Origin: a virus | Lineage: Duplodnaviria > Caudoviricetes | IMG/VR virus record: IMGVR_UViG_3300048577_000441 | Location: 1-54,435 of that record | Strand: one strand, 5' to 3' | Length of the DNA: 54,435 nt | In this document: piece after piece, positions 53,919 through 54,435 of the stretch | How positions within the stretch are numbered: the stretch's first letter is position 1 | Layout of the letters: each line of letters starts with the position of its first letter | Notes under the pieces: generated by a model | Database searches by the model: none | Told to the model about the DNA's origin: nothing | What the model saw: only the letters and a program-made list of their open reading frames with translations | Position numbers and translations under genes: made by a program

Positions 53919-54152
53919 ATGAACGATGACGAGATCGAGATGCGGGTGGCCGCTCTGGAGCTGCTGCTCACCGAGTTTCTGGCGCACGCCTCGCCGGAGC
54001 TGCTTCAGCGGCTGGCGGCCGGCATGGGCGAAGGCATGGCCGATCCGGTGGATGGTCGAGAACGGGCCATCCGCCAGCAAGCGATTCAGCACATCACCGA
54101 CGCCACCCGCCGCTTCCAGCTGTTCAGTCTGCCTCGTCGACCCGGCGCGTGA
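53919..54152 (+). CDS. Hypothetical protein
   Basis: 77-aa helical ORF with high-GC3 codons. Confidence 0.6.
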   Translation: MNDDEIEMRVAALELLLTEFLAHASPELLQRLAAGMGEGMADPVDGRERAIRQQAIQHITDATRRFQLFSLPRRPGA

Positions 54153-54435
54153 GGTTCGGCGGGATCACGCCGTCCTCGTAAGGCCTGGATGCGAAGGCCG
54201 GTCTGGTCTCCCACCTGCGCGCGCCGCAGCGATCGCACGTCCGATCCGCGAGCCGCCCGACCGCGCAGATCCCCGTGTGCTCATCCCCCAGGCCGCGCCG
54301 CCGCAGGCGCGCGATGACGTCGTCCAGGGCAACGTCGAAGCCTCGGTGACACTTGGCGCAGTGAAACCGGACGGCGCAGCCGGCGTGCGTCAGGTAGTGG
54401 GAGAGGGGAACCCCGTCGGGGTTGTCGGCGCGCAT
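54124..54435 (-). CDS. Hypothetical zinc-ribbon protein (CxxC...CxxC)
   Basis: CAKC and CDRC motifs. Confidence 0.65.
   Translation of the reverse strand: MRADNPDGVPLSHYLTHAGCAVRFHCAKCHRGFDVALDDVIARLRRRGLGDEHTGICAVGRLADRTCDRCGARRWETRPAFASRPYEDGVIPPNLTRRVDEAD

Larger units (their letters stand above)
1..54435. mobile_element. Lambda-like temperate prophage (siphovirus) of an alphaproteobacterial host; exact att boundaries not identified
   Basis: Integrase, CI/Cro, replication, GpA terminase, lambda-family portal, S49 protease, decoration and capsid E proteins, tail tube, tape measure, J-like tip and lysis genes occur in canonical order. Confidence 0.93.

Noticed and set aside
1-54435. attL/attR direct repeats or a target tRNA
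   Set aside because: No shared end repeat or tRNA was recognised by eye. The window begins and ends on start codons, so att sites probably lie outside it

Overview
The window is essentially one lambda-like temperate siphovirus prophage of a GC-rich alphaproteobacterium, most likely Caulobacteraceae (it encodes GcrA and GapR homologues and carries a 116-bp CIR-like host repeat). From left to right it contains: an AT-richer three-gene cargo operon (TIGR04255-like, unknown, putative ADP-ribosyltransferase-fold); a tyrosine integrase with Xis; an early-left operon (MazG-like gene, GapR-FtsK-gamma fusion, two paralogous antisense membrane morons); a CI/Cro switch with visible 15-bp operators; early-right genes (GcrA, C5 methylase, VRR-NUC, MT-A70 methylase, initiator with internal iterons, late regulator); lambda-type head genes; tail genes with a -1 frameshift and a two-gene moron; a lysis cassette; and a right accessory arm (duplicated promoter+mini-ORF unit, HTH plus SIR2-like pair, LPD29-like gene). 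The most notable observations are the cargo operon, the GapR-FtsK-gamma fusion, the HTH/SIR2 unit, and a lambda-like cosQ/cosN signal about 37 kb from the terminase genes. All family calls come from motif recognition by eye, with no database search. No att repeats, tRNA, CRISPR array or reverse transcriptase were found.
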